Source of the DNA: Myxococcales bacterium
GTDB taxonomy: Bacteria; Myxococcota_A; UBA9042; UBA3505
DNA: 64,000 nucleotides
NCBI GenBank assembly: GCA_002728755.1
Contig: PBVT01000085.1
Location: forward strand, 114,226 to 178,225
Reading direction: 5' to 3'
Both the position numbers and the translations under genes were made by a program. Of the stretch, positions 7,692 through 17,859 are shown piece after piece. The notes under the pieces are model-generated. The model was not told the origin of the DNA and ran no database searches. It saw nothing but the letters and a program-made list of their open reading frames with translations. Numbering within the stretch: the first letter of the stretch is position 1; every line of letters starts with the position of its first letter.

Positions 7692-9920
7692 TTACGGGAT
7701 GCCGGCGCAGCCTACACGTATCGGGCAGGAGGAGCATGCATCGATACGGTTTCGAGCTCTTGTGTTTGCAAACCCGGTCTTGTCGATGGCGGTGACTGTA
7801 CGCCAGGCTCTTTCGTCCAAGTCGGTGGTTTCAGATTGCTGATCGATAGTACACGGGGGCAGTCCGTGGACTCGGACCGTGCAAGAGCTGGTGGCTGTGA
7901 GAGCGTCAAGATGACCAATGATGGTGTTTGGCGACCCATCCGTTGGAGTATGGGCCGGATCGTCGACCAGGATCTCCAGGGTTTGAATGGCTGGATTCTG
8001 TGCCCATTCCTGGAGGGTCATGCTCTGGTCGGCCGAATGAAAGACCGCGCTTGAAGCCATCACTGACGAGCGTATACCGGACCGGCCCAACCACTGTATG
8101 GCGCGGGCAATCATCGGTTTTCGCTGATCGAATTCTTCGTCGGGCTCCGATGGGAGTTCCAATACGACCCACTGCACCTTCATCTGGACAAGAAATTCCA
8201 GCACGGTCCTTCGCAATAACTGTGAGCCATCCGTGGACAGTCCGACAATCTGTGTATGGGTATTGTGTGTCGCTTCAAAAAGTTCTGGAAGCTCTGGGTA
8301 GTCCAGCACATTTTGTCCGTGTAGGAAGACACGGGACCGCGGCTTGGAGAGTTGATTGAGCTCGTCTACGAGATCGGAAAGCGCACGCATCCCTGTAGCA
8401 GAGGTGGAATCGTCCATATGGAGGATTGTAGGCATAGCGTCGAGGTCGCGCATGGCCTCTTCAAACGACTCGCGCATCAATTTGAGTATCTGCGGATCAA
8501 AATCGTCGCCACAGATGACGCTATCCCTATAAAAGAGTGAGGATACATCCCGCTCACGGTCATCGGGATCAGCCCACATACCCTCCTTGTCCACGACCCG
8601 GAACAGTCTCGTCCCACGAACCGGAGTAGCGTATTGAACCAGGGCGATGGCTCCGTGGTCCCGGCGCATACGTGCCGCGTGAAGTAGTGTGGTGTTGATG
8701 TTGGTGCGGGTCTCGCCGGGGAAGCCGATTACATAGTGAACCTGGCACGGGTAATCGAGAGCGTGCGCCGTCTCCGCTGTTCGATCGATGTCTTCAATAT
8801 TGAGACCTTTGCGTACGATGCGGTCCAAGACTTCCTGGTCGGCGCTTTCTGCGCTTACGGTAACCTTTCGGTTGCCGGCTTTTTTCATATTGGAAACGAC
8901 CTCTTCATTGAGTCTGTCCGCTCGAAAACCGTTCACAGCGTCCCAGGCCAGTTGAATTTCGGCCATATGTCGAGTGAAGGACCGGAAGCGTTCCCCGTCC
9001 AGATTCATAAGATCATCCAGAAATAGGATACGATCCACCTTATAGTCAGCCTGTAGCGACCCCATGATAGTCGCAAGGCGCTCCGCGGAGTATCCACGCC
9101 AGGACAGGTCAAGAACCTGTTGGGTACAGAAGATACAGGCGTAGGGGCAACCACGGCTGGACATGAAGGGGAGAATCCGCTCGCCGGCATGGTATTCTGG
9201 TACCAGGTTGTTCCGCTGTGCTTCGTCCATAATGTCGAAATAGCGGTCCATTGGAAGAAGGTGGAATGCGGGGTTCGGAAACGCATCGGGGTGGAGCGGA
9301 AACTGGCCGCTTGCTCGATCGCCTCGCTGGTAGATGTCCTGTTCGAGAGTCGAATTCTTACTTACGCTTTGTAGCGCAGCGGGTAGGATAGCGTCTGTTT
9401 CGCCCTGCAATACAACCTGCAGCCCCAGCTCTTTTGCCACCGGCTCCGGGTCGTAATCGAAATAATTCAACCCACCCAGGAACATATCTGCCAGAATACG
9501 TGGTGTATTGGGTGCCTTCTTGGCTAAATCTGACGATAACGAAGGCAAAAAGCTCTTTTCCAGATACCGGGGATTCGCAAAAAAGGAGGCGTGGAGGACG
9601 ATAATGTCGGGATTGGTGGCAAGAACCAGCTCGGTTAGACTTGGCACATCCATCCCCAGAATATCCTCGGTCTCACCCCGAACGAGCGGTAGGGATGGAG
9701 CGGAGAATACTGCGTCTACAACAGAAACATTCGCCCCCAGCTGTTCAGCGACGGCCGCGTTGAACAGTAACCCCAGGTTCATAAACGTGGGATAGTCGAT
9801 GAAATCATGGGGTAGACGGAATGGCGGCTCTACAAAGGTGACCCGGATACCAGACAGGTCGATGTCGGGTAGAGAACTGCCGCGTTTACGGTCATCGGAT
9901 GTGTGACGGAGCCCCTTCAT
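7692..9920 (-). CDS. Cobalamin-binding radical SAM protein with a degenerate second radical-SAM-like domain and Cys-rich C-terminus
   Basis: N-terminal B12-binding-like Rossmann segment; SRGCPYACIFC (CxxxCxxC), FLDDLM, SAESA and IGFPGET; C-terminal GLPPC...CSSC...C motif. Confidence 0.85.
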   Translation of the reverse strand: MKGLRHTSDDRKRGSSLPDIDLSGIRVTFVEPPFRLPHDFIDYPTFMNLGLLFNAAVAEQLGANVSVVDAVFSAPSLPLVRGETEDILGMDVPSLTELVLATNPDIIVLHASFFANPRYLEKSFLPSLSSDLAKKAPNTPRILADMFLGGLNYFDYDPEPVAKELGLQVVLQGETDAILPAALQSVSKNSTLEQDIYQRGDRASGQFPLHPDAFPNPAFHLLPMDRYFDIMDEAQRNNLVPEYHAGERILPFMSSRGCPYACIFCTQQVLDLSWRGYSAERLATIMGSLQADYKVDRILFLDDLMNLDGERFRSFTRHMAEIQLAWDAVNGFRADRLNEEVVSNMKKAGNRKVTVSAESADQEVLDRIVRKGLNIEDIDRTAETAHALDYPCQVHYVIGFPGETRTNINTTLLHAARMRRDHGAIALVQYATPVRGTRLFRVVDKEGMWADPDDRERDVSSLFYRDSVICGDDFDPQILKLMRESFEEAMRDLDAMPTILHMDDSTSATGMRALSDLVDELNQLSKPRSRVFLHGQNVLDYPELPELFEATHNTHTQIVGLSTDGSQLLRRTVLEFLVQMKVQWVVLELPSEPDEEFDQRKPMIARAIQWLGRSGIRSSVMASSAVFHSADQSMTLQEWAQNPAIQTLEILVDDPAHTPTDGSPNTIIGHLDALTATSSCTVRVHGLPPCTIDQQSETTDLDERAWRTVTAIDKTGFANTRARNRIDACSSCPIRVGCAGIP

Positions 9921-9968
9921 TATCCACAGGCTATCATATTGTGGGCGTAGTGAAAGGGACGAAAGCAG

Positions 9969-11057
9969 TTAGATTCTAGCAATTCGGGCTCCAAGCATCG
10001 CATCGGCCAGAACCAGGAGTAGCATAGATTCCACCATCGGAACGGCTCGAGGGAGGACACAGGGGTCATGTCGACCGGAAGCGGTGAACGTCGTCTCCTC
10101 ACCGTCTGTGGTCACAGTTGATTGCGGCTGAAAGTGTGTTGCAACGGGTTTGAAGCCTACTCGTGTGAGTATCGGCATGCCGTTGGTGATCCCTCCCTGT
10201 ATCCCGCCAGAGTGGTTGGTCTGCGTTCGAATCGCGTCGTTATCGTCCTTGATAAACGCGTCGTTGTTGGTCGAGCCTGTCGTGGTGCAGCTAGAAAAAC
10301 CACTGCCGATTTCTACACCTTTTGCTGCTGGTAGGGACATCATTGCGCCTGCGATGGTTGCATCGAGTTTTTCGAAGACCGGTGAACCGAGTCCAGCCGG
10401 TACATTGCGAGCCACAACTCCGATCACTCCGCCCACGGTGTCGCGTGCTTTTCGAGCTTCCTCGATCTGGTTCTCCATTGCTTGCGCTGTTTTTTCATCG
10501 GGGCAGCGAACTGGGAACCGATCTACGTCCTCTCGAAGGACCTTGTCGGTATCGACGGATGCCGTCAGTGTGCCGACCTGATCGACCCACGCGATCACCT
10601 CAATCTCGGACATCTGGGCCAACAGTTGCCGCGCTACGGCCCCTGCAGCGACACGTGCTACCGTCTCACGGGCGGATGCCCTCCCTCCACCGCGCGGATC
10701 GCGGTGTCCGTATCGAGCCGTATAGGTGTAGTCCGCGTGACTGGGTCGGAAGACCTTACTGATGTCTTTGTAGTCTCGGCTACGTGCATCCTTATTGTGA
10801 ACGATCATCGCGATCGGCGAACCAAGGGTTTGACCTTCGTATACTCCGGAAAGGATCTCGACCCGATCGGGCTCGTTTCGTTTTGTGCCGAGCGGAGTCG
10901 AGCCAGGACGTCGGCGATCGAGATCGGCTTGAATGATATCTGGATCGAAGTTTAGTCCGGCGGGACAGCCATCTACGATACATCCCATCGCGGGCCCGTG
11001 GGACTCTCCAAAGGACGTGATGCGAAACAGATTTCCGAATGTGTTACCGTAAAGCAT
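9969..11057 (-). CDS. aroC: Chorismate synthase
   Basis: Motifs FGESHG, RPSHAD, GGGRASARET, GGIQGGITNG, RHDPCV. Confidence 0.99.
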   Translation of the reverse strand: MLYGNTFGNLFRITSFGESHGPAMGCIVDGCPAGLNFDPDIIQADLDRRRPGSTPLGTKRNEPDRVEILSGVYEGQTLGSPIAMIVHNKDARSRDYKDISKVFRPSHADYTYTARYGHRDPRGGGRASARETVARVAAGAVARQLLAQMSEIEVIAWVDQVGTLTASVDTDKVLREDVDRFPVRCPDEKTAQAMENQIEEARKARDTVGGVIGVVARNVPAGLGSPVFEKLDATIAGAMMSLPAAKGVEIGSGFSSCTTTGSTNNDAFIKDDNDAIRTQTNHSGGIQGGITNGMPILTRVGFKPVATHFQPQSTVTTDGEETTFTASGRHDPCVLPRAVPMVESMLLLVLADAMLGARIARI

Positions 11058-11152
11058 GTCTGATTCTTAGCGTTACCGGGCAGAACCCTCAAGTGCCGTT
11101 TTTGTGTTTCAAAGGGTTTGTCTGATATTCCCTTTCGAAATCGGAAGCTTGA

Positions 11153-11180
11153 TTGACACGCTCAATGCGATATCTACGAT
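11153..11180 (+). promoter_or_regulatory. sigma70-type promoter for the lipoprotein gene at 11223
   Basis: TTGACA-N16-TACGAT, with a GAGGG RBS before the ATG. Confidence 0.6.
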
Positions 11181-11222
11181 AGTCAGGTACGAAAAAATTC
11201 GTCGGGAAGAATAGAGGGAATT

Positions 11223-12941
11223 ATGAAGAAAATGCGATCGCTTCTGCTGGTATTTGGCATTTGTATTGTTGTCGGAACGATGGCGTGCACAGGACCTTCG
11301 CCGACGCCACAGGCGTCTTGTTCGACCGCAGCGGACTGTATTGAGCCAACGGATCCTTGCGTGGCGGTATCCTGTGAGCAGGTCTATTATCCGAGTGCTG
11401 CTACATTTGTTGGCACCTGTGTTTACAATACAGTTGAGGAGTGTGGGTCTGTTCCCGACGTGACAGAAGACACCTTTGAGCCGGATGTCCCAACGCCGAA
11501 AGACGAGGGGAACGATATTCAGCCGAATGAGGTCGATGTTACAGAACCCGAGGTTACGGAGGATGTAACGACCGATGGAGAGATCATCGAAGATCCCTGC
11601 GATGGCTTGTCGGACGGAACGCTTTGTCAGGGACCAGATCAATGTTTCAACTGGTCCTGTCAGGCCGGTATCTGCGTGGCTGGTGATCCGATTATTTGTG
11701 AACCCCAGACTACAGAACCGTGCATGGATACGGTCTGTGATGCCAGCGCGGGTTGCATTGTAGCGCCACGTCCCGATGGAACGACCTGCGAGTTGGATAG
11801 TAACGCATGTACTGCGGACATCTGTGTGGAAGGAAGTTGCCAACACGTTGCTCGTGCCGGTGTATTGGCAGATGAGACCGCGGTACTTTTCTCGTCGATT
11901 ATTCGCGCCCCGGATGGTGGATTCTTCCTGGCGGGCTACCAGACAGGTGCCGACTTCAATTACGATGTCATCATACAGCGCACCAACCCGGTGGGTGAGG
12001 TCATCTGGCAAAATGTCTATGGTGGCGAGGAGATGGATCAGGCCCATAGCATTGTCGACCTTGGCACAGGCGTTTACGTCATTGCAGGTGATACCCGCTC
12101 CCAGGGAGCAGGGTTGAAAGATGCCTGGGTATTCGCGATCGACGAGAATGGAGAGATTCTCTGGGAGCGGGTCGATGGGGACAACCATAATGATTCAGCC
12201 TTCGATGTCGTTCCTCTACCGACGGGTGGAGTCGCTGTCGTCGGCGAGACTCGTATACCAGGTGGTGGTGTCATCAAGTCGGATGGCTGGTTGATGTTCT
12301 TAGGAACCGACGGTCTTCCCACGACTGACGATGTTACCTTCGGATCTCCGGACGGTAATGATGTGCTAAAGGCTGTTAAAGTAATGGAAAATGGCAATCT
12401 CGCTATGGTGGGAACACGGGATGATTCCCTTTGGTTGCTTGTGACGGATTCCGCAGGGAACGTACAAAACGAGAGCGTGTTCAGTAGTCCTGTTGAAGGA
12501 GAAACCCGAGGTGAAGATCTGTTGGTTTCGGGTTCTGACCGGGTGGTTCTATCGGGTCGTGCCGGTAGCTCTGGCTGGGTCTTCGAGACTCAGGTTGGAA
12601 CCACGGATCGTGACTGGGATTATTTGACCGGCGGTACCGACCAGGGGCTGCTGACCAGCCTCGCAGTGATGCCTTCGGGTGGATATGCGGTGGGCGGTTA
12701 TCTGCAAGCTGTGACGAATAGCAAGAATGGTCTCTTGTCGCGGTTGAATATCGCCGGGAATATCCAATGGGAACAGCAGCTCGATGAAGGCTTCCACGAT
12801 GAGATCCACGATGTGGTGGCTATCGGTGAAGGTGGAATCGCGGTGGCGGGACGGTTTGGCGATGGGCTGGCCGGATGGGCCATATTCGATGCCAATGGGC
12901 AGCGTTGCGAGTTGCCAATACCGAGTTCCGAAGATCCCTGA
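11223..12941 (+). CDS. Secreted lipoprotein with Cys-rich repeats, acidic linker and C-terminal beta-propeller
   Basis: Signal peptide ending TMAC; Cys-rich modules (DGTLC, DGTTC...NACTADIC); repeated G-x-I-x-W blade motifs. Confidence 0.75.
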   Translation: MKKMRSLLLVFGICIVVGTMACTGPSPTPQASCSTAADCIEPTDPCVAVSCEQVYYPSAATFVGTCVYNTVEECGSVPDVTEDTFEPDVPTPKDEGNDIQPNEVDVTEPEVTEDVTTDGEIIEDPCDGLSDGTLCQGPDQCFNWSCQAGICVAGDPIICEPQTTEPCMDTVCDASAGCIVAPRPDGTTCELDSNACTADICVEGSCQHVARAGVLADETAVLFSSIIRAPDGGFFLAGYQTGADFNYDVIIQRTNPVGEVIWQNVYGGEEMDQAHSIVDLGTGVYVIAGDTRSQGAGLKDAWVFAIDENGEILWERVDGDNHNDSAFDVVPLPTGGVAVVGETRIPGGGVIKSDGWLMFLGTDGLPTTDDVTFGSPDGNDVLKAVKVMENGNLAMVGTRDDSLWLLVTDSAGNVQNESVFSSPVEGETRGEDLLVSGSDRVVLSGRAGSSGWVFETQVGTTDRDWDYLTGGTDQGLLTSLAVMPSGGYAVGGYLQAVTNSKNGLLSRLNIAGNIQWEQQLDEGFHDEIHDVVAIGEGGIAVAGRFGDGLAGWAIFDANGQRCELPIPSSEDP

Positions 12942-12943
12942 TT

Positions 12944-15900
12944 CTAGGACGGCCTGTTTTTGTAGCGCCTGGAGTTGGTAGCACGGAATGCCAGCAGGGC
13001 GAGGATAACCCATACGAGATTTGTGGGGTGCGAGCCGGACTGGCTGCAGCCAGAGGGTATTGGTCCGGATCGGAAGGCCTGGCTAGTCTGGGTTGTTTCC
13101 GTTTCTTCTGGATCGTCTGGGGGAATACGGTTCCAGCGATAGGATTCGACCGAGGGTAATTCCAGTGGATCGGGAATATACGGAATCGACCAATCTCCCG
13201 AGGGGCCCTTCCAGCCAGCGGGGGAGTAGTTGTAGGGATGAGATAACCCCAAGGGCGCTCCATCCTGTAGGACGGTAAAGTGCATCAGCACCGCTTCGAC
13301 GGGGTGTGTATATTTGGAGGCGTACCATCCACGCCCAACATAGCGAAGCTGGTCGATGAGTAGAGGTTCGCCGCCAGAGATATCCAGGTTGAGGCCGGAG
13401 CCAATCAGATTTCCCGCGCTGTCTCTGGGTTGTACAATAAGATTAAGAACCGGACCCGCTCGGTAGATGAAGACCGTTGAGTGATCGAGAGATATCGCGG
13501 GGGGGATGGCCGGTTCGATGACCTGAACTATAGTGGAAATACCGGTTGGGGTTTCGCCGATCAGGAGCTCACAGGTGAAGTTACCGGTCTCCGTTCCCGC
13601 CTTTAATAGCGAACGGAAGATCCATGTGGCGGGAAGGTGGTATTCTCGGACGTCGACTTCGTGAATTCCTCCGCCACATTGGAGTGAGACGTCATACATA
13701 CCCGGATCACCGATCGTCACCCCGTTCTGGGTCTGGAGTAGCATAGCCACCGGAATCACATCAGAACCATCCCCTATCAATGAAGAGACTGGTACCAGCG
13801 AAGAAGTGGTGAGGTCGAGTTGGTCCAGCAGATCCTCGGGAGTCTCCGGAGGTTCCAACAGATGCTCGTCGACGTGAAAGATACCGAGCCCATTTTCGTT
13901 CAGATCTACGACAAACGGGACGGTAGGTGGGGAATTGAATCGAAATGCTAGTCGAGGGCCGACGACATCGAGATGGTAGAAGACAGGGCTGCCATTATCA
14001 GAAGCGATATGTTCGACAATGCCGCTCGCCTGGCTCGGACATCCTTCTCCCTCGAGGATGAGCTCCAGGTGGACCTCCCCCATGGCAAAGGGCATGAGAT
14101 CATTCCATCCGCTGACCATATGGGTGCGTTCGGAGATCACCGAACATCCTCTCTGGGTGATTCCCAGCGAAGCTTCCAAATCGGGTCCATCGCCTATCTC
14201 GATGGTTACCTCGGTACCTTCCTCACCAAACTCCACAGGAACTTGAATCAGGTCGTTCTCAAGGAGAAGAGACTCTCCCTGGCTTAAAACCCCGTGTACC
14301 GTGATATTGGGAAGTGGTGCCCCATCGACTCCGCTGCCCTGGATATACACAAACCCCTCAAAGCCTTGCGCGGGTCTGGGGGGCTCCAGCCACACATTGA
14401 GACTTGTATCTGCGCTGATACCGCGAGCACGGGGCCGGATTGGGAGTGGTGTACCACCAACGTCTATGCGCACGACAAAGTGTTGGTCCGGTCCGGTTCC
14501 AGGACGTTCAAACGTCGCAATATGGAATCCCGATGTCGCTTCGCAAGGAGCGTCAAAGGTCTGCGTTGATGATTCGGTGGTGAGTTCAATTGTGACCGAT
14601 TCCGATGAGCAACCCGGCTCACCAGAGGGGCCTTCGACCGGGGCAATCTGCAATGTGCTGGTCGTGGCGTCCGTTTCACTCAACATGAGCCACTCGGGTT
14701 CAACGATTTGGATCTGCTGATCCAGTTCGACGTTGGAGACGGATTGGATATATCCAGATGGCCAGTTCACTGTGATGTCTACGGGCTCGTCACATGTTCC
14801 TGTACCGACATGAACCCATCCCCGGAAGCATCCCTGTGCCATCGCGCAGTCCTTAAGAAAGCGGTTCCATTCTTGGTCTCCACAGCGAACTACGACGGAA
14901 CCTCCCGAGGCACGCGGGATGGCGACCGATGGCTTGAGTTCGATGCTCAGTCCATGACCTACGGGATCGAGTAGATTTGCAAGAAGGAAGGGATCTCCAT
15001 GGCGTGGCCAGGCGATGAAGTCGACACGGCCATCTCCATCGGGATCGATAGGTTCCAGTGCGCGTATCAGCTCAATCTTCAGGAAATTATGGCTGTCAGG
15101 ATGTAGGGTGTACTCACCTGCATCATTACCCCGGTAGACGAGTAGGCCCTCGGCCATAGCATCAGGGAGACCGATGACCTGCGAATTCACACCGAAGCCG
15201 GGCACGATCAGGTCGGTGATCCCATCAAGATCCAGATCGGCAAAGATGGGCGCCCATTTGGTTCGGTACGCATTTCTATCGAAGGGCGTCTCCGTTCCTG
15301 CGCCCCCGGGCACGACCGTGTACTGATTGGTGGTGACATCGTACTCGTGGACGATGCTGGGGCCGATGGACGTATGGTACACTCGAGGCGCATGTCCTGG
15401 AGCAGGTACGGTGATATCGAGACCCATGCCATGCCGATCGACATCGTCTGGGATCAACGTCGTAATGATATTCTCTATGGAGAAACCAGTCGTATCGCTG
15501 GTGGCTTTGAGAATGACATCTTTATATTCGTTATAACCGTAATCCTCCGATATCCACACTTCGGCTCCTAGCTCGTTGTCGGTGTCGAACAGGAATAATG
15601 TATTGGCGAACGGCGTCGTTGATGGGAGCGCCTGAATATCGAAAAAGCGACCCTCGCCATCATTTATATACAAGAGGAGGTCGTGCGGAGGGGTGGCGAG
15701 ATCAAAAGGTATACCGTCGGAAAGGACACGTTGTGGCGCAGCGAGGATATCCGGGTGGCCGTCGTGGTTCGCATCCCACATGACGATCCCGTATGCGTCG
15801 ACCGCTTGTGTTGTGGCGATCCGTGTCCGGGTTACGTCATCAAAGTCTCCATCGCTTCGTCCCTTCAGATAACGGAAAGGACGGCCAGGGGAAGGGGTTG

Positions 15901-16288
15901 GAACCAGCACATCGTCTAGTCCGTCGTTGTCCAGATCTGCGATGATTGCGGCGACTACATTGGGAATCATCTCGTGACTACCCGAGATGTGGGTACCACT
16001 GCTTACATGGATGGTGTGACTGGTTTCGAGCTGAAAGGCGGTGGCCGACATGGGGATAGGAACGACAGGTTTTAGGACGTCGATGGAGTTGGCCAGCACT
16101 CGGTAGAGGCGTAGATCGCCACCGGATGCCGACCCTTTTACTCCCAATTGCATGTCGAGGGAGGGCCAGTCCGAGATCTGGCGTTTTCCGAGAGGAGAGC
16201 CCCATCCAGCCTGTGCGGTTCCTCCATGCCAGACTAGCCCGAGAAGGATCCCGAGGACTGGTACCATGATCCGGCGACCGGGGATCAT
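12944..16288 (-). CDS. FG-GAP/ASPIC-UnbV (CRTAC1-like) surface protein with Ig-like domains and MYXO-CTERM-like tail (paralog 1)
   Basis: DLDNDGLDD, DANHDGHPD and DLDLDGITD Ca-binding repeats; UnbV-like VHVGTG...WPSG; PRDSAGN Ig-like motif; tail SGCSQSG-TM-RR. Start moved to ATG 16288 (signal peptide, directly after the upstream stop). Confidence 0.8.
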   Translation of the reverse strand: MIPGRRIMVPVLGILLGLVWHGGTAQAGWGSPLGKRQISDWPSLDMQLGVKGSASGGDLRLYRVLANSIDVLKPVVPIPMSATAFQLETSHTIHVSSGTHISGSHEMIPNVVAAIIADLDNDGLDDVLVPTPSPGRPFRYLKGRSDGDFDDVTRTRIATTQAVDAYGIVMWDANHDGHPDILAAPQRVLSDGIPFDLATPPHDLLLYINDGEGRFFDIQALPSTTPFANTLFLFDTDNELGAEVWISEDYGYNEYKDVILKATSDTTGFSIENIITTLIPDDVDRHGMGLDITVPAPGHAPRVYHTSIGPSIVHEYDVTTNQYTVVPGGAGTETPFDRNAYRTKWAPIFADLDLDGITDLIVPGFGVNSQVIGLPDAMAEGLLVYRGNDAGEYTLHPDSHNFLKIELIRALEPIDPDGDGRVDFIAWPRHGDPFLLANLLDPVGHGLSIELKPSVAIPRASGGSVVVRCGDQEWNRFLKDCAMAQGCFRGWVHVGTGTCDEPVDITVNWPSGYIQSVSNVELDQQIQIVEPEWLMLSETDATTSTLQIAPVEGPSGEPGCSSESVTIELTTESSTQTFDAPCEATSGFHIATFERPGTGPDQHFVVRIDVGGTPLPIRPRARGISADTSLNVWLEPPRPAQGFEGFVYIQGSGVDGAPLPNITVHGVLSQGESLLLENDLIQVPVEFGEEGTEVTIEIGDGPDLEASLGITQRGCSVISERTHMVSGWNDLMPFAMGEVHLELILEGEGCPSQASGIVEHIASDNGSPVFYHLDVVGPRLAFRFNSPPTVPFVVDLNENGLGIFHVDEHLLEPPETPEDLLDQLDLTTSSLVPVSSLIGDGSDVIPVAMLLQTQNGVTIGDPGMYDVSLQCGGGIHEVDVREYHLPATWIFRSLLKAGTETGNFTCELLIGETPTGISTIVQVIEPAIPPAISLDHSTVFIYRAGPVLNLIVQPRDSAGNLIGSGLNLDISGGEPLLIDQLRYVGRGWYASKYTHPVEAVLMHFTVLQDGAPLGLSHPYNYSPAGWKGPSGDWSIPYIPDPLELPSVESYRWNRIPPDDPEETETTQTSQAFRSGPIPSGCSQSGSHPTNLVWVILALLAFRATNSRRYKNRPS

Positions 16289-16289
16289 T

Positions 16290-17828
16290 CTACCAACCTG
16301 CGCCGTTGCAGAAGAGATCGGGGTGACAGATGAAGCCAGGAGAGGGGATCCCTGGAAGATCGGGTGGCGCAAGGCAACAGGCCTCTTCTCCGAAGTCAGC
16401 CAGGCATTCGGATGTTGCGTCAGGATCCACGTCCCCATTTGGCAATAGATCGGGTTCACAAATTCGGGTGCAGATCATATCGAACGCGAGGGATTCACAG
16501 GTATAGCCTTCGGTGCATGCCAGGCCTTCACAGAAGCCACCTGGCTCAACGATTTCGATGGGTCCCGGGTCTTCAACGATGTCTTCGGCGGTATCTGTTG
16601 TTTCTTCCGTATCGCTGGGATCGATATCGTCTTCCGTATCGCTAATGTCGATGAATCCACTATCCGTACCGTCCGACGTATCGGATACGTCCGTGGAGAC
16701 ACTATCGGAGATGTCCGAAGCGTCGGATCCAGCATCGGAACCGACGTCGGTGGGACCACTGTCGGTATGAGAGATTGGTCCCAGATCCAGTATGGGAAGC
16801 TCGGGTAGGCCATGGTGTGCAAGTACACCCGTGAGTTCATACTTTCCGGAAAGCAGGTTTCCTCCCAGGCCGAGCACGCTCTGTTGATGAACGGTAATGC
16901 CGTGAAACGCATCCAAGGTGGGAACATCTCCCTCGTCGAATGTGACACCAAAGTCAGAGCTTCTTGCAATGTAGCCGTTTCGGCCTGCGACCCAGAGTCC
17001 GCCTTCCGGATCAAAGGTAATGCCCATGAGCCCAGGAAGAGGCTCTGCGGTCTCGATTCGTTTCAACTCGGACCCGTCGTATCGGAAAATCGCGCCTTGT
17101 GCGGCACCACCGACCGCATAGACGTTACCGTCTGGCCCACCGACGACCGTAACGATATTGTCTGAGAACCCCGAAGGTTGGAAATTCGCACCGGACTCGT
17201 CGATCACAAGGAACTTTCCTTGTTGCCCCACGATGTAGATCGTCCCGTCGTCATCTCCCCATACTTTCAAGAAGGCTCCGCCTCCAGAATCTGGAAGCTC
17301 GACCTCCTGGGGTTCACCGTTGATAATTCGCCATGCCATAGGTGGCACATTCGGTAATTTGGGCCGACCACCAACGACCCATACATCATCCGATGATGCG
17401 CCCCAAACTCCAGCGAGCGCTGCTGTTGTTCCAAGGTCTACCCGGGTCCATTCTCCATTCAGATAATGAAGTGCTGCCCCACCTTCACCCACTGCCCAGA
17501 CGTCATCGGGTGTGATGCCATGCACCCACCAGAGCATGTGGTAGTGAGGGACATCGTCTCGAGTCCAGACGCCATCGCGTAGCCATAGGACGGCCGCATT
17601 ACCGGGCGTACCGCCCACGACGATAAGCTCATCACCAAACGACCAGGCGGCGTTCAGTGTACCATCAACGAGGTCTTCCGCTGTCAGGGTCCATGGGTTG
17701 ACTTCAAGAAATGGATTTGTCGTGGGGGGCGTCCCACCACCACATCCAAAACTCGCCAGGAGCCAGAGCAGTAGCAGATGAAAACGTCCCAGTTTTTTCG
17801 GGACTCTTGTGTGTCCAACCTCAGTCAT
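16290..17828 (-). CDS. Lipoprotein with beta-propeller (DDVWAVG repeats), Asp/Ser/Thr-rich linker and Cys-rich C-terminus
   Basis: Lipobox SFGC; repeats VHGITPDDVWAVG and VWGASSDDVWVVG; terminal Cys cluster. Confidence 0.75.
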   Translation of the reverse strand: MTEVGHTRVPKKLGRFHLLLLWLLASFGCGGGTPPTTNPFLEVNPWTLTAEDLVDGTLNAAWSFGDELIVVGGTPGNAAVLWLRDGVWTRDDVPHYHMLWWVHGITPDDVWAVGEGGAALHYLNGEWTRVDLGTTAALAGVWGASSDDVWVVGGRPKLPNVPPMAWRIINGEPQEVELPDSGGGAFLKVWGDDDGTIYIVGQQGKFLVIDESGANFQPSGFSDNIVTVVGGPDGNVYAVGGAAQGAIFRYDGSELKRIETAEPLPGLMGITFDPEGGLWVAGRNGYIARSSDFGVTFDEGDVPTLDAFHGITVHQQSVLGLGGNLLSGKYELTGVLAHHGLPELPILDLGPISHTDSGPTDVGSDAGSDASDISDSVSTDVSDTSDGTDSGFIDISDTEDDIDPSDTEETTDTAEDIVEDPGPIEIVEPGGFCEGLACTEGYTCESLAFDMICTRICEPDLLPNGDVDPDATSECLADFGEEACCLAPPDLPGIPSPGFICHPDLFCNGAGW

Positions 17829-17859
17829 CGGTACATTGTGGCGTGCCCCGAGCCAGACT

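Noticed and set aside
11109-12188. 359-aa minus-strand ORF
   Set aside because: Antisense to a lipoprotein gene that has a promoter, RBS and signal peptide.
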